Source: Rhynchopus sp. YZ270_cl-10 (lineage: Eukaryota). From it: a stretch of 64,000 nucleotides of DNA. The stretch is taken from assembly GCA_964035575.1 (NCBI GenBank), contig OZ037840.1:1798001-1862000 (forward strand), written 5' to 3'. The position numbers were made by a program, and so were the translations under genes. A model generated the notes under the pieces. That model was given only the letters and a program-made list of their open reading frames with translations. It made no database searches and had not been told where the DNA came from. How positions within the stretch are numbered: position 1 is the first letter of the stretch; the number at the start of each line of letters is the position of its first letter. Positions 20,837-33,158 of the stretch are shown in pieces.

Positions 20837-22030
20837 ATGCTCCGCACACTATCCTGCGTGCTGCTCGCTGCTGCGGGTGTGACTGCCGACTTCGATGCGA
20901 AGTGGTACACCCTCGACCTGGACAAGACCGCCCTCGAGCGTATGACACCCATTGCAGACGATCTGATCGCGAAACACACATACGAGTACACGTGGCAGCC
21001 GCTGCACGCCTTCCTCGAGGCTGCGCTGCCACATGCCGCTTGGGTGGAGATGGCATCTCTGTGGGACAAGGTGCTGGATGCGTACCCTGCGTTCTACCAG
21101 GAGGAGGTGCGTGCCTTCTACCAGTACCTGACGGTGAACCTGAACCGCACGGAGTGGACGATTGGGCAGGTGACCATGGCACAGCTCTTCTACGAAGTGG
21201 AGGACGCCTGCACCTCCATAGTGGCACAGCACACCAACGGCACGATCTTCCACGGGCGCAACCTGGACTACGGCCTGCCGGGGCTCACGAACTTCACGAT
21301 CAGCGCGCGCTTCACACGCTCGAACCAGACTATCGCACACGGGACGATGTACCTCGGATACAGCGGACTGCTTACCGGGCAGCACGTTGAGGGTGGGGAC
21401 AGGGCCACGTGGTCACTCTCGCTGAACCAACGCTTCTACGGGAAGGACTGGGTGCCGTACCAGGGCACCATTGAGGAGATCCTTGCCGGCGTGCAGAACG
21501 TGGGGTTCACACTGCGCGACGCTCTCATGGACGTGCCCAGCTACACAGCGGCGACGACACTGCTGCGCGAGAAGCCGATTCCTGCACCGTCATACCTGAC
21601 GCTCTCGGGCCTTGCTTCGGGCGACGGTGTTGTCATCACAAGAGACCGCAACGGCACATCGCATGCCGCAGGCACAGGGCGGGGCTACTGGGTGGTCGAC
21701 ACATCTGTCGGCGACTGGTACCGCATGGAGACTAACTTCGACAACTGGGAGCCGCTGACGGACGGCAGAAGGAAGGTGGCAAACGAAGGCATGCACGCCA
21801 TCGGGCAGGCGGGCGCGAACCTGACAGGGATCCTCCACGTGCTCGAGACGGACAAGGTGCTGAACAGCGAGACCACGTACACAGCTCTGATGCTCAACGA
21901 GGCTAACTACTACAGAACAATCGTCCGCGAGCACAGCGATGCAGAGAACGACGCAAGGACACAGAAGATGCATGTCGACGTCAAGCAGAAGATGGAGGCG
22001 CTCTTCGCGTGGTTCAAGCAAGAGATGTGA
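20837..22030 (+). CDS. Acid ceramidase / N-acylethanolamine acid amidase family Ntn-hydrolase
   Basis: Signal peptide MLRTLSCVLLAAAGVTA; autocleavage nucleophile ACTSIVA; HGRNLDY, GVVITR and ETNFD motifs. Confidence 0.92.
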   Translation: MLRTLSCVLLAAAGVTADFDAKWYTLDLDKTALERMTPIADDLIAKHTYEYTWQPLHAFLEAALPHAAWVEMASLWDKVLDAYPAFYQEEVRAFYQYLTVNLNRTEWTIGQVTMAQLFYEVEDACTSIVAQHTNGTIFHGRNLDYGLPGLTNFTISARFTRSNQTIAHGTMYLGYSGLLTGQHVEGGDRATWSLSLNQRFYGKDWVPYQGTIEEILAGVQNVGFTLRDALMDVPSYTAATTLLREKPIPAPSYLTLSGLASGDGVVITRDRNGTSHAAGTGRGYWVVDTSVGDWYRMETNFDNWEPLTDGRRKVANEGMHAIGQAGANLTGILHVLETDKVLNSETTYTALMLNEANYYRTIVREHSDAENDARTQKMHVDVKQKMEALFAWFKQEM

Positions 22031-23292
22031 GAGTTGTGCTGACACCTGACAATTTAATGGCAATTACCAACGTTTCATTTTTTTTTTGTCATGACGTAGA
22101 TAAGAAACACAAAAACCGCAAAAAAAGGTATTTTCGGCACAAATGTCATGTACAATAACACGCTCCCTTTTTTCCTTCCGTTCCTTTCTTCCCCCATCAC
22201 CTCGTGTCTGCGTACGAATTGCAGGTTGCACTTTCAGCATAACTTTACTGTACCTGCATTAGAGTCCTCATTTTTGTTTTGTGCAAACTACTTTTTGTTG
22301 TTTTAATTTTTCTGGATTTTTTTTCTCTCCTTTTGAGTTTAGGAGAAGTTTATCCATTTAGTATGATACAAGAAAAACACACGTGGCCAGCTAAGCGACA
22401 ACCACATCCCCTTGTCGACGCCTCATTATGTAAAGTAACATTTTTTTAAAAGATGACTAAGCACGAGGCTTAAGTTCATCTTATAAACTTTTTTCTCTTT
22501 TTTCCCCCTTGTTTAGCCTGCAACAGATTGTCCAAAAACAACATTGCAACAAATAAGTTTGTGGGAATTTACCCCCAAAAAGCACCGAAGGAGTAAATTT
22601 AACATTACTTGTGATTGTGACAAATCACTTTACTTTTGGAAATAGTTTGCTGACACAAAAATAATTACTTTTAAAACGAAATAGCGGGGGGTCAGGAACA
22701 CCCCCCATTTTTATTTTTAACAAAAGCCATTTTTTTCCTCTTCCCTTTTTCACACCCCCTCCCATACTCCCCCTATGTGTTCACATACTCAACTTCGGTG
22801 TTTCTTCGTTTCGGGAACCATCGATCCTACGGGGACCACCAACTGGGTAGTGCAGGCATCGCGGAGGAGGAGGAGGGGGGGAAGGGAGCTTCAAGGGGAG
22901 GGGAGGGGGGTAATGGTGGCAATGATGGGGGGCCCCATTTGGAATACGCAAAATACATCTGTATTGTGATGTATTTTGATGTATTTTGCATATTCCAATG
23001 GGCTCCCATCACAATACTGCCACCATTAGGGAGAGGAGGGGGGCCTTCACAGAATGGGGTTGGTGCGAGGAGGAGGTTCCTCTCTTTTCTCTTTTCCCTC
23101 TCCCTTTTGCTCATCTTGCCTTCCCTGTCCACAATTTCCCCTGCCATGATCTCTTGGGCCTGTGTTAAGTTACGAAGCTAAGTTTTTATGATATTTTCCC
23201 CAGTTCAATCTTGAACAACTCAACTTTTTTTTAAGATGTAAACCACGAAATGGATGTAGGACTGCATGGTTGGGGTGTCCACCCCCCCCCCG

Positions 23293-24692
23293 TAGGGGAG
23301 TCCACGTAGCCGTTTTTTCTGTCACACACCCCAAAAAATCATAAAAAAATGCAAAAAAAAATCATTCCAAAACACAAAACCACCCCAGAAAACACATTTC
23401 TGGGACTATTCCTTATCTTTCTTACTATTTGATGCCTTTTTGGCACTTTTTGTAGCGTTTTCACCCCATTTTCATCGTTTTCTAAGGGGGTTTGATACAG
23501 GGCAATTTATCAAAAAATTCAATTTTTTTCAATAGTCCAAAACAAGAGGAAAAGAGGTTTTTTCCACTCAGATGTGTCCACAGAGCGATTTCTGGGGGGT
23601 TTTGGGGCCAAAAGTCTATTTTTTTGTACGCCTTTGCTGAAAATTTTGATTTTTTTTTTTGCCGTAAAAACCACTTTTTAGCCGGGAGGAGGAAGTGTGA
23701 CATAAGTGTGACATTGGAGGGGGGCATCTCATAGGCCAGAAAAAAGCGTTTTTTTTACTTGGAAGTAGGGTTTTCTGCCTATTTGGGTGTCCCCGCATCC
23801 ATTCCGAGCCGAATTCTGGCCTTCTGTGACTTTTTCGGCGGCCCTTTTGGGGTCGGCATTTGGGAATCATCCCAAGAACACCCCAAATAACAGGTATTTT
23901 TAGGGTAAAATGAGTATTTTTTTCGAAAAAAAATATTTCTGGGGGTGCCAAAAAAGCCCCAAAACCATATTTTCCCACCCCCGGACCTCACCCCAATATG
24001 ATGGGAGTGGTTTTTGGGTCTTTACAGGTGCTCTTTGGAACTAGAAAGTGTAATTTGCTAAGTGTGACATAAGTGTGACATAAGTGTGACATTGGAGGGG
24101 GGCATCTCAGAGGCCAGAAAAAAGCGTTTTTTTAACTGGAAAGTAGGGTTTTCTGCCTATTTGGATGTCCCCGCATCCATTCCGAGCCGAATTCTGGCCT
24201 ATGGTGACTTTTATGGTGATTTTTTTCGGGGTTGGTATGTTGGAAACACCCCCAAAAACGGGTATTTTTAGGGTAAAATGAATGCTTTTTCCAGAAAATT
24301 TTATTTTCTGGGGCCGAAAATCGGTGCCAAAAAAGCCCCAAAACCATATTTTCCCACCCTCGGACCTCACCCCAGTATGATGGGAGTGGTTTTTGGGCTG
24401 TACAGGTACTCTTTGGAACCAGAAAGTGTAATTTGCTAAGTGTGACATAAGTGTGACATAAGCGTCACATTTTTGTCACACATTTTTCGTGTTTTTTTTC
24501 AGAAAAACACGATTTTTTTAAGGAACAAAGCTTCTGTTGAGGTCGTCTGTGGTTTTAATGAGATATTTTTGTGATCGGGAGGTGGTTTTGGGGCCAAATA
24601 CGACTATTTTAGTGGATTTCTTAACCTAAAACTCAAAAAAATGGGTTTGTGACACGGTTTCTTAAGGAATTCCTACTACGTGGACTCCCCTA
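23293..24692. mobile_element. 1.4-kb non-autonomous TIR element with an internal ~378-bp tandem duplication
   Basis: Perfect 17-bp TIR TAGGGGAGTCCACGTAG / CTACGTGGACTCCCCTA; flanks A-C10-G (left) and A-C9-G (right); internal repeats ~23693-24071 and ~24072-24460. Confidence 0.85.
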
Positions 24693-25508
24693 ACCCCCCC
24701 CCGGTACAGCCAGTCATATACCAAGGTACACTGTTCACGAGAGGGCTTTGTATTTCAACTCTACTTTTTTTAAAAAAAATTGTGAGGCAAATATTGAAAA
24801 AAAAGGTGTCATCTGGGGGGGGAAGCAAGCAAAAAAAAAAACCCCCCATATTTTTTTATTCCCGTTTTTCGCGATTCCCCCCATGCTTTCATTTAGAATC
24901 TGCAGAATGTGTTCGTTTATTGTCATTTTTTTTTAGCATAAAATGACCTTGCGTGGTGTGGCTGAATGGGAGGGTGCAAAGCGAAGCGCTCATCACCCCC
25001 CTTCCAGCCACACCATTGTATCTACAGAAAATATTTTTCCACGTGTGAATCCCCTCTGCTGTTTTATATGATTCCCCTTTTCATGAAAAAAAAAAAAAGA
25101 GACCGAAGATCTTAACCACTCTTCTACACTGCCAACTCCATCAAGACGACCACTTATGTGACGACAGATGTCCACGAGGTCACAGACGGTGCATTGCGCA
25201 GATAAAGATCATCTTATGCGAAGATGTAGATGTGTGTGACCAGGTTTTGCGGCGTTCCGTTCCTTCCAAAACACACCGCAGTGTCGGGCCGTGCCTCCTA
25301 AGCAGCTAAGCGGAGAGAGACAGGTGGGGATCACATTTCTCAATGCTGCAGGGCATTGTGAGTTTTTATCCGGGGCTGGTATATATACGTGGTCAGTCGG
25401 AGGGTGCTGAATTAATAACTTTTTTACCATGGGCCGTCGCGGCTCTGTTCCACACCACACCACACATACCCAGCACTCTCTTTCCTTTTGTACACGTTCT
25501 TTGGAACA

Positions 25509-28121
25509 ATGGCGACATGCAGCATCCAGTCGCTGACAGTGTTACTGTGTGTGGTGCTGATTCTGTCAACAGGTGCGATCATCGGTGGCTTCACTCTGTC
25601 AACATGGGACGACCTTCTGGAGAAGGCGCGTGACACAGGTGACGAGGGCTTCGGGATGTGTCTCGACAGTGGTACGGCGGACATCGAAACGGTCTCGGCA
25701 CGCTACCTGCGCTCCGTCCTTGGCAACGTGGACACGGCGGTGCTGGAGTACCTGAAGGTGCCTGAGCAGTTGATGATGTCTGTTGTCAACCTGGCGAAGG
25801 CACACCACCCAAACGTCAGCACGAGCCCCGCCTTTATGGACAACATTATGCGTCCTGCACTGTCATCCACTTTCAGGGCTGGTTATGACGCTGGGGTTGG
25901 CTTCGTGGCATACGAATCGTACCCGTGGAGTCCGGCACATCCTGTTCCGTGGAAAATGTCGGACGGGTACGCAGGCTGGGGATCGCGGTGCTTGCTCACA
26001 CACGTGACTATATCGGCGGGCATCACGCCGACGAACGGCACGGCGATTCTCCTGAAGTTAGAAATGGTAGACCCGGTGACGCTGCAGCCAGGGCAATCGG
26101 ACATGCTCGTCTTATCCGAAGTGGACACCGTGGGGGCCTTGAAGTACACCTCAGAACCGTGCAACGTCCGCCCAGACTACAACAAAGGCGATGTAAGGGG
26201 CTTGTGCATCTATCCCGTAGTTATGCTCGAACCCCCGGGTTCCCTAACCAATCTCGCCCGTGGACGCGAGCTCCACAACTTGGGTGCTGACGACCCACCC
26301 CTACTCCCTGCAGAGACGATAGTCTACTCAGCCGCAATGGCACGCTGGGAAAGCATGGCGTGGGAGCTCAGCTACACCTTCACCCACCCAGATATGTACA
26401 CGATGCACCCCAAGCAGGGCAAGCGTGTGGGTACTGTCACGTCCGCCGTGACGACGCAGGGAGTAACCGAAGTGGTGCGCGCACAGCTGCTCCCTACCGG
26501 CACTTCGCTGTACATGGTTGAGGAGGACGCATCAGGATCAGTGGGGACACTTGTCGCGTACAACAGAGGACGGGAGCTGAGGACGGTATACGAAATGAGC
26601 CCGCTTGGCATCAAGTTAGATCTTGTGTACAGCATCAACATAACGAACCACTCGATGGAAGACGCGACGTTGCACATCCCCTCAGTGATTGCAGAGCACG
26701 GTCGGTTTGCGTTCACACACCTGCGGAACTACAGAGACCTTGTGGATATGACAAAGACGGCCTTCCTGAAGTGGTCTGACTCGAACGGCACAGAGTTCTG
26801 GACAATCACGTCGACAATTGAACACGGATCGATCTTCTGGTATTCAACCCTTCTTGTGCCTCGGGCGTCTGTGATGGAGACGATTGATGCGTCGACGAAT
26901 GCAATCCGTGCGAAGGTGGCATCAGATCTGTCCTCTGCAGACGCACAGAAGGAGGATGCGGTGATTGTGATGGTGATTGTGACGGCTGTTGCGGTCATTG
27001 GACTTCTTGCCATTGCTGTTGTGTTCACACGCTACATCACGTCACCTCTGCTGAAGCTTGGGAGTGAAATGGCAAGTGTGGCTGTGATGGACCTGGAGGC
27101 TGTGGACACGGGCCGTGCAGTGTCGCAGCTGAGTGAAGTGGGGGTGATGCAGCGCAGCTTTGTTACCATGGTGGCGAACCTGGTGGAGTACCGGAACTAC
27201 ATGCCGCAGAGTGTGCTTGTCAACGACACTGATAAAGAGGAAGTGTCCGAGACGGATTCTGCACATGATATGAAGTCACAGCAGTCAGGCATTTCTAATT
27301 CACGTGCGTCACCCAGTTCTGCTGCTACGATGCAGGCACAGAAGGCACTGCTGCGTGTGGAAGGGATGAAGAAGAAGAAAGTGTCGCTGGCACACATGAA
27401 TGTCGCGTCGTGGCACACCTTCTGCAAGAAGCACAAGGACGCAGAGGTGCTCTCCGCACACGCAGGTGTGATTGAGAGGATCCTGACAGCAGTGCAGCAC
27501 AACAAGGGTGTGTGCGACACGTTTGCTGGCGACAGGATACTTGCCACCTTCAACGCCTTTGTTCCGAAGCCTTCGCATGGTGCTGCTTGTGTGAAGGCTG
27601 CACACGAAGTAGCAACAGCACTTGGCGATTTGCACAAGATCTCGTATGGGTGCACAACAGGCGAGGCACGTGTCGGGAACATGGGCTGCAACGGGATGAA
27701 GAAGATGTCGATTCTTTCGCAGTTGATGTCGTGGGTGGTTGTGCTTGAGCGTTGGAACAGAAAGAACGACCTGCCTGGTGTTGTCGACCGCAATGTGTCG
27801 CGTGATACGGAGGGACAGGTGGTGCTTCGTTGTGCAGGTGCTGTGCTGTTTCAGAAGCTGAGTGAGAACGTGCAGACTGTGTTTGCTGTGAAGGGTTTGT
27901 GCATCAACGAAAATGAGGAGTGGATGTACCAACTGGAGTCTGCTGCAAATAATCCGCACGCACTGTGGAACGAGGTCTTCGAGCACATAATCACACAAGA
28001 CTTTGAGCAGGCGTCTTCTCTGCTGGACACCGTCGCTCAGGACCAACGCACACCTTACGAAGAGCTTGTGGGCTATGTGGAGGAGAAAGCTTATGCACCG
28101 TACGTTGTGGATCTGCACTGA
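25509..28121 (+). CDS. Receptor-type cyclase-like protein (TM, extracellular domain, TM, HAMP, degenerate class III cyclase domain)
   Basis: Two TM segments; HAMP-like ITSPLLKL...SEVGVMQRSFVTMVANL; YMPQSV linker; degenerate motifs VSLAHMNV / DTFAGDRILATFN / VGNMG; EEWMY motif. Confidence 0.85.
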   Translation: MATCSIQSLTVLLCVVLILSTGAIIGGFTLSTWDDLLEKARDTGDEGFGMCLDSGTADIETVSARYLRSVLGNVDTAVLEYLKVPEQLMMSVVNLAKAHHPNVSTSPAFMDNIMRPALSSTFRAGYDAGVGFVAYESYPWSPAHPVPWKMSDGYAGWGSRCLLTHVTISAGITPTNGTAILLKLEMVDPVTLQPGQSDMLVLSEVDTVGALKYTSEPCNVRPDYNKGDVRGLCIYPVVMLEPPGSLTNLARGRELHNLGADDPPLLPAETIVYSAAMARWESMAWELSYTFTHPDMYTMHPKQGKRVGTVTSAVTTQGVTEVVRAQLLPTGTSLYMVEEDASGSVGTLVAYNRGRELRTVYEMSPLGIKLDLVYSINITNHSMEDATLHIPSVIAEHGRFAFTHLRNYRDLVDMTKTAFLKWSDSNGTEFWTITSTIEHGSIFWYSTLLVPRASVMETIDASTNAIRAKVASDLSSADAQKEDAVIVMVIVTAVAVIGLLAIAVVFTRYITSPLLKLGSEMASVAVMDLEAVDTGRAVSQLSEVGVMQRSFVTMVANLVEYRNYMPQSVLVNDTDKEEVSETDSAHDMKSQQSGISNSRASPSSAATMQAQKALLRVEGMKKKKVSLAHMNVASWHTFCKKHKDAEVLSAHAGVIERILTAVQHNKGVCDTFAGDRILATFNAFVPKPSHGAACVKAAHEVATALGDLHKISYGCTTGEARVGNMGCNGMKKMSILSQLMSWVVVLERWNRKNDLPGVVDRNVSRDTEGQVVLRCAGAVLFQKLSENVQTVFAVKGLCINENEEWMYQLESAANNPHALWNEVFEHIITQDFEQASSLLDTVAQDQRTPYEELVGYVEEKAYAPYVVDLH

Positions 28122-28914
28122 TGTTGCTCTCTGAGGGCACGTCCGCTTGGTTGCTGTGCGGTGTTTCCACACCGCACATCACCAACGTGCAACGAGAAAA
28201 AACCCTGTTTTCAGTGCCCAAATGAGTTTACCCCCAAATAACTTAGGTTCCAACTAACTTATTTTTTTTGCCGCGATTTTGGCTTTTCAAAGTTACCGAA
28301 TAATATAGTTATTTGGACCCCCCCTTTACAATTTTTTAAACTTTTACTGTTTTTTACAAGACATGTGTGCATTTCTAGTGAAACTTTTCAGTATCCATGA
28401 GGCATTTTTCCCCATCACACACACACACACACACATTACACAGCAGGAAAATTGTCATTTTTTCGTTCATTATTGTGAGCAGCGTTTGGTGTTTTCTTAA
28501 AAAATAACAGGCTCAGGTGACTGAGTGTGGGGATGCGTTCAAGAATTAAACTCTTCCCCCCAAACCACCTTTCATCTTATGTTTTCTTCATATCCAAACG
28601 TCGAGTGGACGCGTAATTATTAAATAATTTCTAGGTTTTGTTTTTGTGGTTTTATTTTTCCGTCAAAATTTCGCACAACGCTTTTGTTTTTTGGAAGACA
28701 CACAAGGTGCCAGGTTCTATGATATGCACGGAACCACCCTGCACCTGTTTGTCATATTTTTTCCCGTGAATACACGGAGGAACGACTTATTCAGCAATTA
28801 TCATATTCCGCAAAATTTACGTGATTTTCCCCATATTTTATCCTAAAGAGACCCCCTCACGACGACACATGTGCACCTCACAACAGAACAACACAAGTTG
28901 TCAACACAACAGCA

Positions 28915-29370
28915 ATGGTATGGTGCGACTGCTGCTGGTATGCAGAGATGAGCGACCCATACCGCAGCCACACAGGGACGATTGCACGTACCGTAGAGAA
29001 GTGCTACTGCTGCCGTGGGAGCATACCCGCAGAACCCGAGCACACCGTGTACGCCATGTTTCCCTTCATCGTGCGCTCGTCTGACAAGTGTGTTGTGCGT
29101 GAAGGAAGGCCAGCGCCTCCATTCGGGCTGCGCGAACGTACAGAAAAGGAGCAGCGCAACCCGAACCCCGACTACGTCTTTGCAGCACAGCCAAACCCGC
29201 AGCCGTCTCGCCATGCATTTAGTGGTGGTGGTGGTGGTGCGACACACGATGCGAAGAAAGACGCTGAGGTCAGCGAGCAGCTCGCACGCATGCAGGAGCG
29301 CATAGATGAGCTGGAGAGGAAGCAAGCGACGAACGACAAGAAGGGTCCTCCACGGGTGGGGATGCACTGA
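28915..29370 (+). CDS. Small Cys-rich protein with C-terminal coiled coil, copy 1
   Basis: 151-aa ORF whose frame is conserved in the paralog at 31365, with synonymous changes and in-frame indels. Confidence 0.8.
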   Translation: MVWCDCCWYAEMSDPYRSHTGTIARTVEKCYCCRGSIPAEPEHTVYAMFPFIVRSSDKCVVREGRPAPPFGLRERTEKEQRNPNPDYVFAAQPNPQPSRHAFSGGGGGATHDAKKDAEVSEQLARMQERIDELERKQATNDKKGPPRVGMH

Positions 29371-30073
29371 GGAAGAGGAAGAGGGTGGTGATGTGTGGGG
29401 AGGCTGGTGTGTGTGGATGTCAGATTGTTTTGGAAGTGTCTGAGCACAGCCAAAGGATGCGTGTTTTTTGTTCTTTCACTTTTTCTATTTAGCTGTGTGC
29501 ACGATGAGCACTCAGCGTTCGTATTAGTAGTTTCCTTTTACTTCTGTGTAAGCGGCAGGCTTTGTCTGAAGTGCTTCGTGTCTGTCATGTGCGATCTCGG
29601 GTGCGTGTGTTACAACAAAATTTATGGGTAATTCCCACCATTTTGTGTCTCTCTTTTGTGTATATTGTGAACCTGATTTAGTATCCTGAGAGTGTAGCAT
29701 CTTTCCAATGTACAGCACACTTGTGTGCCAACCCTATTAACCATTGGTGGTGGACCCATGTGTCCACCTCCCTTGCTACACCTCGTTGGGCTTTAGGTTC
29801 GCCGAACTTTTTTTTTTATAGTATAATACACAGAGCTCTCTTGCATGTTATGTATTACAGTAGCGGTGTGCAAAGCGACCCTGTGTGACCCTCTGTTCTG
29901 TGTTCTGTGTTCACATCCCCACCACACGAACACTTTCCCTCTCCCACTTCCTCTCTATCATGGTTGCTCTCACGCTTCACACAACTTCTCCCATCCGCAC
30001 AAATCTCACACCTCCATTGGGGCAGAGAAGAGCCCTTTTCCGCAAAACTCAGTCTTTTCCACGTTTTCTAGTA

Positions 30074-30807
30074 CCGTAGTCGGAAAAATGTTGTAACGGA
30101 ATAATGTTGTAACGCTGGAAAAAATGGCCCAGCGTTACAACATTATTCCGTTACAACATTTTTTTGGGGTTTATTTTTGTCTTAGGGATTTTTGCTGGTG
30201 CGGGGGTGGTTTTTGAAAAGAAAAATCTTGTGCCTCTGACGGTGGTGAAAAAAGGGCGGGGGGCGGGGGGATGATGTTTTTTTTTTTTTTTGGTGTTGTT
30301 CAACTTAGCCGTAGGCTCGACTTTTTTTGTTCCACATCAAACTGGACAGGGCAAGGGGGGTACGTTTACTATGCACATGAAAAGCACTTGGTCCGAGCGA
30401 AGCAGGGGCCAGACGTCTTACAATCTGTACAGTGCCGGTTAGTTAGAACGAGGCACAAAAGTGAACAAAACTAGAGATGGATTGTTATTGTCATATTGGG
30501 ATTGCGGCGCTTGCAGAATTGGGCTAATCCCATTTGTTTCATTTTTTATTTGGGTGAGGGGTGGGGGAGGACGGTCGAAAAACCTGAAACACTAATTATC
30601 GGCTTGAAATTGGGGTGTGGTGTGTGAGGTTGGGGATTATGCCGACTGTTCCAAAAAAAATCCCTAAGACAAAGTTCACCCCAGTCATAAAAATGTTGTA
30701 ACGGAATAAAGTTACAACTTCCCGCGATCCGCAGCGTTACAACATTATTCCGTTACAACATTTTTACGTTCCAACATTTTTACGTTGCAACATTTTTCCG
30801 ACTACGG
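30074..30807. mobile_element. 734-bp MITE with TA TSD (Tc1/mariner/pogo-type)
   Basis: TA|CCGTAGTCGGAAAAATGTTG ... CAACATTTTTCCGACTACGG|TA; GTTACAACAT subterminal repeats at both ends. Confidence 0.92.
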
Positions 30808-31364
30808 TATTATTCTTCACACAGTTCTCTGTTATCTTTTTTAATCGCACCTCCCCGAACTGCCTTCGCTGTGACCCTTTGCGGCCACAGCGAAGGACCG
30901 TACACCAAGAGCACGGTACAGTGCTCTGGGTGGGGAGGACTCAGTACGACTCACCTTTGTGTTCCCTCATGTCCCGCGACAACAAAATATAGTGGAGCAC
31001 ACTCTAGGGGTGGCTACACTAATACAACCAAGTTTTCAAAAAAAAGAACGTTTCGGAACTTTCCCCATATTTGGTATCCCTGAAATCCAAAATACCAAGT
31101 ACGCAATATGCTACTACGCACTAAGTACCGTACTTAGTACGCAATCTAGCGCATTCCTGTATTTTTTTGTGAGCACAAAGTGTGAAATAAGTACGCAAGA
31201 AGTACGCAATAGGTCGTCAGGAGCACCAATATTTTTATTTCTCCCCCTCACAGCACACCTCACGACAGAACAACACAACACAACACAACACAACATTAAG
31301 GGCCATATTCTACGCAAGAACCACCCTCACTAGACATCAGCACAACAACACAACACAACAAGCA

Positions 31365-31799
31365 ATGGTATGCTGTGACTGCTGCTGGTACTCGGAAATG
31401 GGTGACCTCCACCGCAACCACAAAGGAGAGCAGGTACGCACAGTGGAGAACTGCTACTGCTGCCGTAAAAGCATACCCGCAGAACCCGAGCACAACGTGT
31501 ACGCCATGTGGCCCTGCTTCGTGCATTCATCTGACAAGTGCGTTGTGCGTGAAGGGCGTATAGAAAAGGAGCAGCGCAACCCGAACCCCGACTACGTCTT
31601 TGCAGCACAGCCAAACCCGCAGCCGTCTCGCCATGCATTTAGTGGTGGTGGTGGTGGTGGTGGTGGTGCGACACACGATGCGAAGAAAGACGCTGAGGTC
31701 AGCGAGCAACTCGCACGCATGCAGGAGCGCATAGATGAGCTGGAGAGGAAGCAAGCGACGAACGACAAGAAGGGTCCTCCACGGGTGGGGATGCACTGA
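31365..31799 (+). CDS. Small Cys-rich protein with C-terminal coiled coil, copy 2
   Basis: 144-aa paralog of 28915..29370; downstream sequence also duplicated (to ~32640 vs ~30071). Confidence 0.8.
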   Translation: MVCCDCCWYSEMGDLHRNHKGEQVRTVENCYCCRKSIPAEPEHNVYAMWPCFVHSSDKCVVREGRIEKEQRNPNPDYVFAAQPNPQPSRHAFSGGGGGGGGATHDAKKDAEVSEQLARMQERIDELERKQATNDKKGPPRVGMH

Positions 31800-32183
31800 G
31801 GAAGAGGAAGAGGGTGGTGATGTGTGGGGAGGCTGGTGTGTGTGGATATTAGATTGTTTTGGCAGTGTCTGAGCACAGCCAAAGGATGCGTGTTTTTTTT
31901 GGTCTTTCACTTTTTCTATTTAGCTGTGTGCACGATGAGCACTCAGCGTTCGTATTAGTAGTTTCCTTTTACTTCTGTGTAAGCGGCAGGCTTTGTCTTC
32001 GGTCTGCTTCATGTCTGGTATGTGTGATCTCGGGTGTGTTGTAAACAAAATTTATGGGTGATTCCTGTCCGGAATATGCACCATTTTGTGTCTCTCTTTT
32101 GTGTATATTTTGAACCTGATTTAGTATCCTGAGAGTGTAACATCTTTCCAATGTACAGCACACTTGTGTGTCACAACCCTATT

Positions 32184-32317
32184 GACATACAATGCAGCGA
32201 GGCCGACTACGCCTGAATAGGCATGTCTGGAAAATCTATCTGACACGTGGCTGCGGCGTACTAATACGCCTGCATCAGTCCTTCGCGAGGATTGTTCGAC
32301 CTCGTTGCATTTGTGTG
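32184..32317. mobile_element. 134-bp MITE absent from the paralogous site
   Basis: Imperfect TIR CATACAATGCAGCGAGGCCGA / TCGACCTCGTTGCATTTGTGTG, flanked by TATT on both sides; the paralog at 29732-29742 reads CCCTATTAACC (empty site). Confidence 0.85.
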
Positions 32318-33158
32318 TATTAACCATTGGTGGTGGACCCATGTGTCCACCTTCCCTTGCTGCACCTCGTTGGGCTCTAGGTTCGTCGAACGTATTTTAG
32401 TATAATACACAGAGGCTCTCTTGCATGTTATGTATTCCAGTAGCGGTGTGCAAAGCGACCCTGTGTGACCCTCTGTTCTGTGTTCTGTGTTCACATCCCC
32501 ACCACACGAACACTTTCCCTCTCCCACTTCCTCTCTATCATGGTTGCTCTCACGCTTCACACAACTTCTCCCATCCGCACAAATCTCACACCTCCATTGG
32601 TGCAGAGAAGAGCCCTTTTCAGTCTTTTCCACGTTTCCAGTTTCTTTTTCGTATAAAAAGAATGTGAATGCACAAGGCACCTCTTTTCCACCATTGCACC
32701 TAATAAACAATATCTCACAGATATTGTTTTTCTTCTTTCTTCTTTCCCACTACCTTCTCGAAAACACGTCGTGTTTTTTGAGTGTTGTGCGACGTTACAC
32801 GTGTCTTCTTCTGGGTCCAGCACCAATACGTTGACTGCAAAATTTTGTGCAAAAATGTCACTTTTGCTCTCTTGTGTTAAACATACTACATAAAAAGAAA
32901 GTTGGGAGCATTTTTGTTTATCCCTAACCTATGCTACCCATTTATTGATTGCATCATATGATAATATTATGTTGAAATACTTTTGCTCTTGTGTTTCGCA
33001 TGCCCAGTTACCCTCCCCTAACCCCCCCCCTCCCATTTTAGAATCACTCGTGTACGTTAAGATTTCACCGACGTTTTGTCTCCCTCTCCACCCATACTCT
33101 CCCACTCTCCATCTCTCCCCCTACACCACATCCACCATTCAGGCGCTTGGTGTGTGCA

